The position numbers and the translations under genes were made by a program. From Botryllus schlosseri (Eukaryota): a DNA stretch of 64,000 nucleotides. The stretch covers positions 18,540,001 to 18,604,000 of the forward strand of contig CM119371.1 in the NCBI GenBank assembly GCA_051294905.1. Direction: 5' to 3'. Below, one piece after another: positions 1 to 12,278 of this stretch (positions are counted from its first letter, which is position 1; each line of letters starts with the position of its first letter). Under the pieces are notes generated by a model that was given only the letters and a program-made list of their open reading frames with translations, was not told the DNA's origin and ran no database searches.

Positions 1-354
1 GGTTACACGACTTGACTCGAGTCATTTTTTTTGTGGTCACGTACTGTTATCCAAAAATTAGAGAGAACATTGGTTAGGACTGAGGAAAATTACGATATTA
101 TGAATGCGAGCCGTTCTATATCACTCGGGCAGAGATGAAAAAAGTCGGTTGAATCATCATCATCATCAATCGGATTGAACTCCAATCTGAGCAGTGAACA
201 AAATGACTTGGGCTCGGAGTCGATTCACAACACCATGACTCGGACTCGGCTCTCTATTCACTGACTTGACTCGGTGGTAAATTGAGAATGACTCTACATT
301 ACTCGAGTCAAAACTATAAAAGTGAGATTGACTTGTGACTTGGTTACAACCCTG
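1..354 (-). mobile_element. GACTC/GAGTC-rich MITE (family A), partial copy
   Basis: Ends in TTGGTTACAACCCTG and has many GACTCGAGTC motifs, as in the full copies at 14591, 27695 and 45762. Further degenerate copies at ~4150-4400, 26182-26520 and ~36340-36730. Confidence 0.8.
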
Positions 355-2355
355 GTTTCAGAGGATAGTGATTTCCTTTGTTGGGTTGTGGTGCTATGGT
401 AAATTAATTTCTCCGTCTCCTCGAGACACCTAATCCATCCGTTACCACAGACATCTCTTTCTCTATGTTGTAAGCAGTGAATGGAAAATTCGAAACCTCT
501 CTAACTATAAACAAAGTCTGCAATGTACAATGCATCGTGTATTGATTGAGAGTCATGTTCATCGTGCACGATCAGGATATTATGATGTCATTTTTGTATT
601 AGCGTACCGGGTACCCTGATACTGTAGTTGCATTAATGATAATTAATTATTGCAATGAAAAAACGGAAGATTTTGATCTAAAAAAATTCAGACATTTTTT
701 GACCTAAAAAAACTTCATTTTGACCTTTGCGTATTAGGTGTTTCCCACATAGCCTACTGTTAGAATTGTACTACTTATCTTCATTTCTGGTTGGAACTGT
801 CTGTCCTTATGAAGTAGTTTGTTGTGAAAACTTTTTTGACTCGAAAACTGTCAATCAGCAGATTATGGGTCGTCCACAACCGTGGGCCTATAACAGGACC
901 GGACAACCTCTGAAGTCGGCGGGCCGGACATGGGGAATTGAATTACTTGACGAGCCGGATTACTGAATCGTTATATACAAACGCGTAATTATCCACCTAT
1001 ACAAGGATTAATAGCATTAACTTTAAATCTAAGGCATACAGACCCAAGCAGTATCCAATGAATTTATTAACGTAATGTCAATTAATTTATTACCGTAATG
1101 CCTCCAATAACTGTTGAAGTCAATGAGGCATCTGTGGACGATCAAATTTATGTACAGATTCTCTGAACTCAAAGAAAACGGTGGGCAGACCTGCTTCATG
1201 CGCGAGCCGCTTATCGGAAATCTTAGCTTTGAAAAAACCACAGCACAAAAATTTAAAAATATGAATTTATAATGTTACAATGAAATGTAGGCTAACAAAT
1301 TGAGTTTATTATTGTGTGGTGATACGATTAGTCTTCACATGTTTGAAATCACGCTGTTATGACGTCTAAGCAGTGCTGTTAAGAAGTGCTGATGAGAGTT
1401 TAAGAGCGATATTAGCTCAGTAATCTCAACGACACAGTTATTGCTAGCCTTTACAATACAAATGGAAGAGCCGTATTCACCATTGCTAGCCCGGAAATTA
1501 TCATGACCTGCGCTGGCGTAATTAATCATCATGTGCATTGTTGAGCACAATGATTTGTCATTGATTGATGACCAGGCTCGATTTGAGAGCTCAATGGCGA
1601 ATTTCTAACCCTGTAGTGCCACCTTACCCTAAATTTTAAAAGTCATGCGTGAACCATATGGAAAGAGATAACACAAAGACAATACGCATATTGTTAACAC
1701 GTGATAAATGCATCAATTTATAATCAGGTTAAACCTCTAGTAAAAGGGCAAACGCATTTGCATTATGTTCAATCATGAAAGAGCCGCAATCAAAGGCTGG
1801 AAGAGCCGCAGTTTGCCTACCCATGATATATATCGTCGACACAAGGAAGCTTATCTGACCCTTTTGTTATTATTAATATTAACGTAGGTAATTATCAATA
1901 ATAAATTCATAGAACCGTGCTAAATTGGCAAATTTTCAAATCCCTGCCCCTTTTTCTCAGAGGGGTACGTGTCCGCAACACACTTCACTCTCTAATCCAG
2001 TGGTTCTTAACCTTGCCTCCAGCGCCTCCCAAGGGGCGCTGGCGATTTTGAAGGGGGCGGAAACGCTCAGGGGGCGCTGGAGAAAAATGGCTTCGCAGTA
2101 GATGATGTGGTAGTAGGACATATCCTTGATGAGTATTCAGAGCGAATTAACATCGAAAACTTCGTTATATATAGCCTACAAAAGACATATACCTTTAATT
2201 GTCCATGGGCGCCTAAATGACTGGCACCGAATGTTCCTGTCTTGGCAATCTGAACCTCAGAAGACGAATTTCATCTGGCTGGGAAAAATTATATGCCAGT
2301 GAAGAAATACCAATTTGAAATCGTGTGCGTCTTTTAGTTTAGTACGATTGGGCGA

Positions 2356-2383
2356 CAGGGATATATAGAACTAGATATCCCTG
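2356..2383. mobile_element. 28-bp hairpin mini-element / transposon footprint
   Basis: CAGGGATATATAGAACTAGATATCCCTG flanked by perfect TSD TTGGGCGA; the related repeat near 35860-35900 lacks the insert. Confidence 0.75.
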
Positions 2384-2522
2384 TTGGGCGATTCTATATT
2401 TTTTGATATAGCAGACAGGAGGTCACGAAATAACATCATGCAACGAAGTCATACCAACGGGTCCGCCCGCCCGAATATGTTTAAACATTAGTTACAGGCC
2501 CTATAGTTTCCAAGACACCTCA

Positions 2523-2706
2523 CAATGTTCCCTCTAGGTTTTGACGTGACTGCGCACACTCACCACCTCACTGCGCAGACCCTTGAACAACAGTGCGTAG
2601 GGACTAAAAAAGGTCATAACATCGGATTTGTTGTGCGCAACGTATATTTTCTGTGCGCAGAGACCGTGTCAGCACTGCGCAGGTGCGCAGCTTAGAGGGA
2701 ACATTG
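2523..2706. mobile_element. Small MITE
   Basis: TIR CAATGTTCCCTCTA...TAGAGGGAACATTG, flanked by direct repeat CACCTCA. Confidence 0.8.
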
Positions 2707-4785
2707 CACCTCACTCAGCCCTACCGGTAAATCTGGAAACGTGAGCAGAGAGGACAAGAAATTGATAGCAATATAGCCTATATGCAATTCCCGATCTTAT
2801 TGACCGATTTTATCATGAATTCTCGAAAATTGTCGCGCTTTGCACTGGCTCGCTAAACAGTACAGCTGATTTCGTGGCAAAAGCGAACAACGTGATGGGG
2901 GGGTCGGTTTATCATCATATGGGAGCCCAAGACCCAAGTTTTTCGGGGGGCCTGACGGAGTGTCGTTTCGTTCCTGCCAACGGGTATACGCCCGAAGATG
3001 CATAATAATTATTGAGGGTTCCTGCCTTTTCAATCACACATCACCCAGCTCTACCGGTACACCTGTTTACGTGAGCAGAGAGAGGATAAAAATTGATATC
3101 AACATATATGCAATTCTCGATCATATTGACCAATTCAATCAATAATTAGTGAAATCCGCGTCTAGGCGAGAATAGCTGGCTCAGTAAATGGAAACCAAAT
3201 GTAGATGACCAGTATCAGCAAATAGTGGATAGCCAAAGTGGGGGGGGGGGGCTTGGGGCGAATCCACCCGGAAGTTTGGTTTATCCTATCGGGGGCCCAA
3301 GACCACCGTTTTTTGGGGGGGCTGACGAAGTGCTGTTACGGCCCTAGTAACGAATTAATTGTACCTACGGGCACGCCCGAATATGTTTAATTTACAATTA
3401 CGTGCCCTTTATTTTCCAATACAACAGCTCACTCAGCGCTACTGGTAAATCTGATTACGTGGGCTGAGAGGATAAAAAGTTTAGAGCGACGTATATATGT
3501 AAATACCGCCTATTCATTCATGCATTATAGAAAATTTTGGCACCTAGGGCGACCAGGCCACGCAGACTTTGCTGACCATCGAAATCACGCTACGGGATTC
3601 TCAGAAGCCCTCAGAAGTTTGGTTTATCAAGGTGTGGGTGCGCAAGGCAATGGTTTTTAGGGGAGTTGACGAAGTGCTGTTGCGGCCCTCCCTCTTACTC
3701 ATTGTCTTTATTACATTCCTTACAATATGAGGTTGGGGGGCGCTGGAGCACGATAATCTTTGAAAGGGGGCGCTGGAGGAAAAAAGGTTGAGAACCACTG
3801 CTCTAATCAGTCAAATATTTACACTTCTAGTAACAGAGTTTTCGATGCCAAGCCACTTTTAGACAGGTAAAAGTATAATTTTATATGGGAAAATTTATTT
3901 GATAGTGTTATGATAATGCCACGAGAGCTGGTTGATGCTGCCACTGTTTCTGTACTGCCACTGCCAATGTATCTTCTGAAAAGTAGCTCATAATTTGGTG
4001 TTATCAATCACTATTCTGTCAGTGCAAAATACATTTTGTAATATTCAAAGATGCCAACAGCAATTGACTAAAGGGAGAAGGCCTGTGACGCCTAATCCCT
4101 ATCTAAATTATGTCATGAAGTGATAGTAATGGAATATATATTTACATTATTACCAGTCACAAGTCAAACTCACCTTTAAAGTTTTGAATTAAGTCGAGTC
4201 GTTAAATTCACCACCGTGTCAAGCCCGAGTCATAGTTTTATGACCCGAGTCCGAATTCAAGTCATTGTGTTGACTGTTCAGTTTCAAGTTCAAATCTTTC
4301 AACTGCTTGGTGATATCGAATGCTGCTCGTGTTTAGGGAAAATAACTCAGGTCAAGTTGAGTCACCAAAATCGCTAGTAGAGTCATTACAACAACCCTCA
4401 ATATTATTTAGCTACTTCTGCTTAAGCATGCTCATTGAATACTCTTGCCACATCTACGTAATCTTGTGATGTCATGGAATTATTGAAATTCCCAATGAGT
4501 ATTGCTTTGATAGTTCAGACAAAGCATTGTCAAATACCGTAATTAATTTGAAGTTTGTCTGTTCAATCATGATATTTGTGCGATCCCATTGATGCAATAT
4601 GATCTACAATCGGGCGTGATAGACTTTGGAATATGTTTTGCAGACCTGAAGTCGACCCATGGTACATTGATTCTGTGCCCTTTCGTATCCTTGGAACACG
4701 CAATTCCTTCAATTTTTTTTGTAGTCGTATTGTGAAAAGATGTATTTGTGTTATCCTTGGAAGCGCTACTTCACTCTGAATAGGG

Positions 4786-5555
4786 CAGTGGTCGGGAACC
4801 TTTTTCGTCTGAAGAGCCATATTAGACGTATATTTTCCATTTCAACTCCCGAAGAGCCATACATGTCAATCAATTGTTACGTCACAATTGAAAATTCGTG
4901 ACGTCATGGTAGAACAAATTCGAACTCACTACATGGGATTAGTCGTGGGGGCCATATTTTATCTGTAAAAACTGGTAGGCTACTAAATCGTGCTGTGATA
5001 GCGCAATTCATGGTAAATAGCTCAGAATTTATATTAATTGATATTACGCTAATATAACTGTGGCACTGATTACGAAAATCTAACTATTGATCGACTTCTC
5101 AATTCGGCGGTAACATAAACGTTGCACTACGCCTACATTTTACGGCAGTACTAGGAACCTACTTATAAATGAAGAACGTGCATAGCGAAGCGTTGTTTGT
5201 ATTTCGGATTTGTAATTGGAATGTCATTTCCAAGGCAGTTCATTTCTTGGCGTAGATCAAGAAGACGATGTGTATTTGAAAACTAGATCGTCATATAGCC
5301 GTCCCCATGTCTGCAAATCTCTTTGATCAACCAATGTATGGTGTAATCCAAGCTTACGCAGCGCGCGATTCGAATTCGCGAGGGATGTTGGTCGCTGGCG
5401 CAACAGCAACTTTATTCTGGCCGTTAAGAAAATTTACCAACAAGTTACTGCAATATCGCTAAAATTAAGTACAAAATTGAAAATACGTCAAAGAGCCATA
5501 TGTTATTCCCAAAAGAGCCATATATGGCTCGCGAGCCATAGGTTCCCGACCCCTG
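4786..5555. mobile_element. hAT-type MITE (AAGAGCCAT family)
   Basis: CAGTGGTCGGGAACC...GGTTCCCGACCCCTG; perfect TSD GAATAGGG. Confidence 0.9.
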
Positions 5556-5982
5556 GAATAGGGCGTAGTCTTGAATTAAAGTTAGAGGTCTGAAAAACTT
5601 TTGCCAGCAGCCATTTTTCTCAGAGCCATCATCCAAACTGTAGCTGAAAGATTTTCACAAAAGGTACCATCGCAGTCTTGCTACTTATGTGGTACCAAGG
5701 TTTCAGGCCATCACTTCTTTACCCTTTCCAACATTTCTGGCACACATTCTCCAATCTCCATTGTTGTACTCTCTTCATCTTTCATAGCAGTGGTTCTCAA
5801 CTTTTTTGTCTTTACGGACCCCTGTTGGACCGTCAGGAACCGCCATGAACCCCAAAGTTTTAGTTCAAATTTAGCTCTATTATCGTTCAACCGTCATCTG
5901 TCTTGTGCGAATATTAATAGCAAGCTAGTGATAAGCAGCAACAAAATGACCTTCCTTGAAATTAACATCATAATTCATACTA

Positions 5983-6773
5983 CCGTAATTTTCCATGTAT
6001 AATGCACAAAATTTTCACAAGTTTTTGTCCTAAAATAGGGGTGTGCGTATTATACATGGGTACAACAAGCTGTGAAAAAATCACCCTCAAAAAACTTGAA
6101 ATCACGCATTTCTTCATGATTGTTTCCAATCGCGCATCAATTTCACAGCCATCGTGCCCAGTAATTCGTATTATCAGTGTAACGCGCTGCCAATTGGCGA
6201 GAAGCGTGTTGCCAATTGACAAGAGTCGACTGCACAGCACGCCGCCTCCTGCTGAGTTGGTTTGTCGTTTGTACGCGAGCGAAATTAGGCAATTGATTGA
6301 TTGCTGTATGCGCGCGCGGCAATCCTCGCTAATTCATCGCGTCAACGACAGACCAGAATAATCGCATATACAGCATGCTATGTGCGCAAGCTATAATCGC
6401 CTGTGTAATCAGTCGCATCTCCAACAGGCCTGGTGCGCACAACATAACTGTTGGCTTTACGAATCGCATCTGTAATAGGCCTCGTGCGCAAGATGTCGCG
6501 CCTCGCGCCGCTAGCCTGAACTATCGCGCCGCCGGCCTCGCAGGCTTTGGCTGCTCTCTACTATCATTTAAAGAGAATGCCGGTAATTGTATGATTGTTC
6601 GATAGTGGCACCGCAAAACAGAATGACATATACTAAATCGCAACTATTCGTGCACTGAAATGCAGGGTGCGTACTATACATCGGTAGTGGGTACAGGCTT
6701 TTTCTCAGAATTTGCATGCCATTTTAAGGGCGCGTATTATACATGGGGGCGTACTATACTTGGAAAATTTCTG
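5983..6773. mobile_element. Tc1/mariner (pogo/Tigger-like) MITE
   Basis: TA|CCGTAATTTTCC...GGAAAATTTCTG|TA with repeated GCGTATTATAC subterminal motifs. Confidence 0.7.
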
Positions 6774-7743
6774 TAGTTATGTGGAAATGGGAAACACATT
6801 CAGTATTTCAAAGCGACTTCTGTGGCTGTATTTCTGGAAATACACTGTCATATCTCGAAAATCAGTGCCCTTGATTTGACATGAGCGAGTTCCGAAAATC
6901 CATGAATGTAATAATAACGTGTGACGCTTCGGATAACACCTTTAGATATGATCGCAACTTAGCCTATATGTCACCAATATAACGTCCAGCCTTTGCAAGC
7001 GAATATATTCCGAAACCACTACAAAACATCTCTAAAAACCAGTATATTTGTATCAGTAGGCTGTTGCCAGTTTAGCGATTAAAATGAGTTTGCACTGTAG
7101 AATATTCCATGTTAGGCGGCCATTTTGTTTACGCGAGTCCTCAAGTTTTGGCAGTTATGAAGCGAAACTACTTTGTGATTTCTCTAATTTTAACCCAAGA
7201 AATTAGGTTATCACTAGGGCGTTTTTTTTTACCTAACAAAAGAAAATTTTGACCTAAAAATCCAAATTTTGATTTTTGACCAAATTTTGACCTAACGTAT
7301 GCAAATTAGGTGTTTTCCCACATTATGTTAAAATTGTACCACTTATCTTCATTTCTGGTTGGATCTGACTGTCCTAACGAAGTAGTTTGGCCTGAAAAAG
7401 CGTTTTTGGCTTAGAAACAGGCAACTTTTTACATGAAAAAACAATATTTTAACGAAATCTGGCCCTATGAAGAATTCCAGTAGTTACAATATGTATTATG
7501 GTAGAAATAATTAAAATATTTTGTAGTACAACGAGAGATACTTTCCTACATTCTTGGGTAGAAAGTGCACGTCCTTACTAAGAAGTTGTTGGCTGATAAC
7601 ACTCAAGTTGTGCGTACACTGCTGGTGCTGGTGACACACCGTGTTGCTTCACTCTGACAATGTTGTCTACATCACAAATTTTCATCATGCGCTTCTTAAT
7701 ATAAGAATGATGCAATGCACAAGAAGTCTTTCTTCAGTTAGAA

Positions 7744-9071
7744 CAGGGGTTCTCAACCTGGGGGGCGCGGAAGGCTCTCAGGGGGGGCGCGAGAAATTGA
7801 CAAAGTCAGTATAAATTGTACGTGTCCGAACATGTGTTTCACATCCATTATGAGAAGACGATTAATGAAGATGAAATTTATTACATATTCAAGAAAGCTT
7901 GCAAAATACAAACTCTAGCAACCGCGCTCAACGGAGTATAGTCTGATTTCAACTTGATTTGAGCAAATTTTTGAAATTCTTTGGAGATATAGAGAGCAAT
8001 TCCCACGTGTAAGTCATTCATTGCTTGATAGCTTTGACAGTAGCCTAAAGCTTGGCGCGCTGGGCAGCTCTTGTTAGTAGCTTGCGAACTGCACTGCCTA
8101 AGACAGAATTAAATGCAACATAGGTTGCCCGGTTTCGCCCTCAATTAGGCTATAAATCAACACAATTTAATTAATTTCCAAAACTGATCAAATTTAGCCT
8201 GGCAGGACAGAACGACGCCTTGCGCTCTGTACTCACGACCAGCATCAGGATTAGTCTCAGGGTGACCTACCTTGAAATTAATTAATGGATGTCTTGTTCA
8301 ATGTTTTTTGTTATTTTCAAACAAGTTTGGAGAAATTTGTCATGTAAAAGACTCAACAACTGGAATGCCGATTCAAAATTGGCGTAAGATATAGCCTACC
8401 TTATGTATACTATTAGATCAGGGGTGGGCAGCCTGCGGCCGTAGAAGGGAATTTGAGCGGCGTTCGACGCCTAATTCAATTAGTAGGCTATATGTTGGCG
8501 GCCGTAGACATGCAAATTGCAATTACGAATTCACTCCCGCATTTTCGAGAGATTTTAATTAATCTTGAAATTTTCTTCGCCCTCCGCGCAATTCAACAAG
8601 ACTTCATTTTTTGATTTTAATGCAGTAGCGCCCGTCTTAATCTGAGCCGGAATGGGAATTGGCAAGAAATAACAATTCGTTCGCAGCCCTGAAAAATGTT
8701 CGCGCTCCGCGCGACAATATGCACCTCCCGGCAACTATTCATACCATTGCCACTCGCGATTTCGTTGCGTACAATAGGCCATTGTGAAAAGTAGAATAGC
8801 CCGGAGTTCACCGGGAATGGATATGGACAGTTTACCATAGGAATTTTGTGTCCAGATCGTTCATTGCGGCTATGCCCTGGAATGCGGCCTTACGCTACCC
8901 CGTACATAAGTAATCGAAATGCGGCCATGATCATCAAAAACGTTGCCCACCTCTGTATTAGATGATGTGCTCTTTTTGACATGACGATAAATGCAAGGGG
9001 GGTCAGGGGGGGCGCGATTTTTTTGACCATCTCTAAGGGGGGCGCGAGTCAAAAAAGGTTGAGAACCACTG
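7744..9071. mobile_element. hAT-type MITE nested in 7215-9372
   Basis: CAGGGGTTCTCAACC...GGTTGAGAACCACTG; perfect TSD AGTTAGAA. Confidence 0.9.
8419..8955. mobile_element. hAT-type MITE nested in 7744-9071
   Basis: CAGGGGTGGGCA...TGCCCACCTCTG; perfect TSD TATTAGAT. Confidence 0.9.
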
Positions 9072-10264
9072 AGTTAGAATATTGTGGTACGTTGACCATA
9101 ACACCATGTCTACCTATTATTTGGTTTATTTGACCGTTTATGATTCACAATGAGCAGACGATGAGCCGTTTACAACGGTAGGCCTATAAAATAAGCTAAC
9201 AGCGGTAAAATATCAAATTATAAGTTCACCGACAGTGCAAAATCTACGATACAAACAAAATGCAGACGTCAAAAATTTTTTGACTCCATGAAAAATTTTG
9301 ACAAATTTTGACCTAACGCTACAATTTTGACAAAATTTTGACAAATTTTGACATGTAAAAAAAAACGCCCTAGTTATCACACATTTTGCAAATTTGGAGG
9401 TTTCACGGACCCCTGGTTCAGAATCAGAACCACTGCACTAGAGGCAGGAAAGGAACTTTTGATAGTTGTCATTGTCAGCCTATATCATGAAGTAACTGTG
9501 CCTGGCAAACCACAGTTGTTTAGTTACAGAAATTTGCGTACAGTACCGGCTCTCAACAAACGTTTATATCCACAACTATGACTGAAACAGAGTGGGTAGG
9601 CCTACCGGTAACAAGCACAAATAAAAATGGCTGAATGTTGTCAGTTAATCTGTACAACTAATATTCATTATTAACAATAGTGAACAATACCATCCTACTC
9701 ATTCAAATACTCGCTTGTTGCACGTATTTCCTTTATCCAGTCTTCCATGATATCGGATAATATTGGGTTCTATATTACCACATCTAATCTAATGTTTGGC
9801 CGTCAATGTTAAATTGAATTTGCTTTTTTTGTATTCTCCATAAAGAACCTGATTGAGATAGACCGTCGTGGTGGAATCAAAGTAGCTCATGTTCATTTTC
9901 AAATTTTGAGATCCCTTTTGAGATCCCCTTTTCAAACTCATAGAAAATCAAGTTCTTGTAAAATGTTCATTTTTTTCGGCATCATCTCGACCATTGTTTA
10001 TGGTTATCTTATTGTTTCAGAGTTAATCATGGCCAAGATATGGTAGAATGAAAATGAAAGCATTACATATGGTAATTTTATCAAAAGTTGTAAAGTGGAC
10101 ATAAAGCTTCTTTAATTCCACTGCGACAATAAGGAGAATCATTCTAAATAGATTGTCTCCCGGAGTTTGTTGATCTGTGCCACAATGAGGTAGGAAAATA
10201 TGAAAAATGCAATATTCGCAGATACTAAATTACTGGAAAGCTCAACCTTAATATTCATAGGGCA

Positions 10265-11068
10265 GTGCATGCTAATATGAAAAGCCATACGCATTGTGTT
10301 TCTGGGGAAGAACTAAATGGAAAATCTCCATCAAAGAGGCATCGCGATACTCATAGTGTCAAGAATCATGAACGTGATGTTTGCGACAAAAAATTCTCTC
10401 GAAAGGATAAACTGAAGAACCGTATGAATATACATACTGGTGTAAAGAATCCCAGCTGTGATGTTTGCGGAAAAGAATATGCACACAAGAGCTACCTTAG
10501 AGTTCACATGAATATTCATGCTGGTGTCAGAAAACATAGCTGTCGTGTTTGTGGGAAAGAATTTACTCAGAAGGGTAACCTCAACACTCATATGGATATG
10601 CATTCTGGCGTCAGGAACCATAAATGTGATATTTGTGGAAAAGAATTCATTCAGAAGGGTAACCTCAAGACTCACATGCATACGCATTCTGGTGTCAAGA
10701 ATCATAAATGTGATGTGTGTGAAAGAGAATTTACTCAGATAGGCAACTTGCAGACTCACATGAAAATGCATTCTGGTGTCAAGAAGCATAAATGTGATGT
10801 TTGTGGAAAAGAATTTACTCAGAAGGGTAACTTCGAGAGACACAAGGATATGCATTATGGTGTCAAGAATCATAAATGTGAGGTTTGTGGAAAAAAATAT
10901 ACTCAGAAGAGTAACTTGGATGGTCACATGGATATGCATTCTGATGTCAAGAGATATAAATGTGAGGTTTGTGGAAAAGAATCAACTTTCATGAGTGGCT
11001 TCACTGCTCACATGGCTTTGCATGCTGGTGTCAAAAAACATGAATGTATGTATGTGTGGAAGCATTGA
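10265..11068 (+). CDS. Tandem C2H2 zinc-finger protein (7 intact fingers plus degenerate N-terminal fingers)
   Basis: Repeated CxxCGKEFxQKGNLxxHMxxH units with atypical GVKNHK linkers. First ATG at 10277; possible splice acceptor at 10020. True start uncertain. Confidence 0.85.
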   Translation: MHANMKSHTHCVSGEELNGKSPSKRHRDTHSVKNHERDVCDKKFSRKDKLKNRMNIHTGVKNPSCDVCGKEYAHKSYLRVHMNIHAGVRKHSCRVCGKEFTQKGNLNTHMDMHSGVRNHKCDICGKEFIQKGNLKTHMHTHSGVKNHKCDVCEREFTQIGNLQTHMKMHSGVKKHKCDVCGKEFTQKGNFERHKDMHYGVKNHKCEVCGKKYTQKSNLDGHMDMHSDVKRYKCEVCGKESTFMSGFTAHMALHAGVKKHECMYVWKH

Positions 11069-11860
11069 CTGCAAAATCTTCCTTAAATATGCATAGTATT
11101 CCTTCTCGTGTCAAAAGCCATAAATGATATACTGGCGGGAAGATATTACTTGCTAAATCTGCATTGAAAAGACATCTGGGTATTAACACTGATGAAGGAA
11201 ATCGTAATGAGATATTTACGGGAAATGATTCTCTTCTCGAATTGGTCTCAGAGTTTATATGAACATGTATATAGGTTAGGGCTGTTCAAAAATAACTTTT
11301 TTTCTGGATTCCAGCCATTCAGTGATTAAATTGTCAGGTTGGCCTAAAAACGCTGCACAACAAATTTGGTTCAGCTCCAACAAGTTTGAGGCACCCAGAT
11401 CCAATTAAAATTTTTAATTTATCAGGTTAAATTTGAAAATAACAAAAACAAATTTGACTCGATTTCAACTATCCACCAATCAAGGATAATCCGAGAATTA
11501 TATACGAAAAACTCGAATAACTCTACTTCTACAGGTTGTAATTGAGTCATATTTGTTTTGCATCGTCCTTGAAGACAGCTCAACCATTTCATGGAATTGA
11601 CTGAAAAATTTGAAATTTTCCTCGACAAATTGAAAATTTCAATTGGATCTGCGGAATCCTATCTATATTTGTTTGAATTGAACCAAATTTGTTGCGCAGC
11701 GTTTTTTAGGGTAACCTGACAATTTAATCACAGAATGGTTCTAATCCAGAAAAAAAGTTATTTTTGAACAGCCCCAATGTAGGCGACACGAATTATTGCT
11801 GTGGAGTTTGTGGAAGAAATGTCGTGCAGTAATTTATTGGAAAAACACTTGAACAGCCAT
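11069..11860 (+). pseudogene. Decayed zinc-finger repeats 3' of the ZNF stop codon
   Basis: Finger-like reading such as LRVYMNMYIG|DTNYCCGVCGR, interrupted by the 11277 foldback; stops and indels present. Confidence 0.65.
11277..11776. mobile_element. Foldback MITE with ~160-bp inverted arms
   Basis: TAGGGCTGTTCAAAAATAAC...GTTATTTTTGAACAGCCCCA; degenerate TSD ATATAGGT/ATGTAGGC; a fragment of the same end is at ~50018. Confidence 0.85.
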
Positions 11861-12278
11861 CTTGATATGGAAACTGCTATTAAATATTATTAAATGAGAT
11901 CTTAGCTGGAAAGAAAGTCCTTAAAATAGAATATGAAGACTCTCCAAGGCACCTGATATTCATCTTATATGTGCCACAGTATGAATGAATGGTCAGCCAA
12001 ATTCATCAGCAGTTTTCTATTTTATTGTTGAAGTATGAATATGGTTTACCGATATCCATTGAATTGACGCTGATGGCAGTATAAAGCTCAATTCGCCAGG
12101 AGATTGCGCTTTTTCATGCCATTCTACCATTTACAATTTACTTTTACCGTGTACAGTCTATCACCTCAAAATATCTTGAGGCACTTGAAATAAACTCGAC
12201 ACAACATGGTGCAATCGAATCTACAAGAAATTACCCAATTCGCGATTACAATTGTGCAATTTGTAGAAGCCTAAATTG

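Larger units (their letters stand above)
1998..3800. mobile_element. hAT-type MITE with nested inserts
   Basis: Termini CAGTGGTTCTTAACC...GGTTGAGAACCACTG; perfect 8-bp TSD CTCTAATC (1990-1997 / 3801-3808). Confidence 0.9.
7215..9372. mobile_element. TIR element TAGGGCGTTTTT...AAAAACGCCCTA
   Basis: Perfect 8-bp TSD GTTATCAC; TTTTGACC subterminal repeats; relatives at ~660-860 and ~34520-35221. Confidence 0.9.
5788..9435. mobile_element. Old hAT-type MITE hosting several nested insertions
   Basis: CAGTGGTTCTCAAC...AGAACCACTG ends; reverse-orientation relative of 26826-28476; TSD not recognisable. Confidence 0.6.

Noticed and set aside
10331..10939. 202-aa hydrophobic antisense ORF
   Set aside because: Shadow of the repetitive zinc-finger codons on the + strand.
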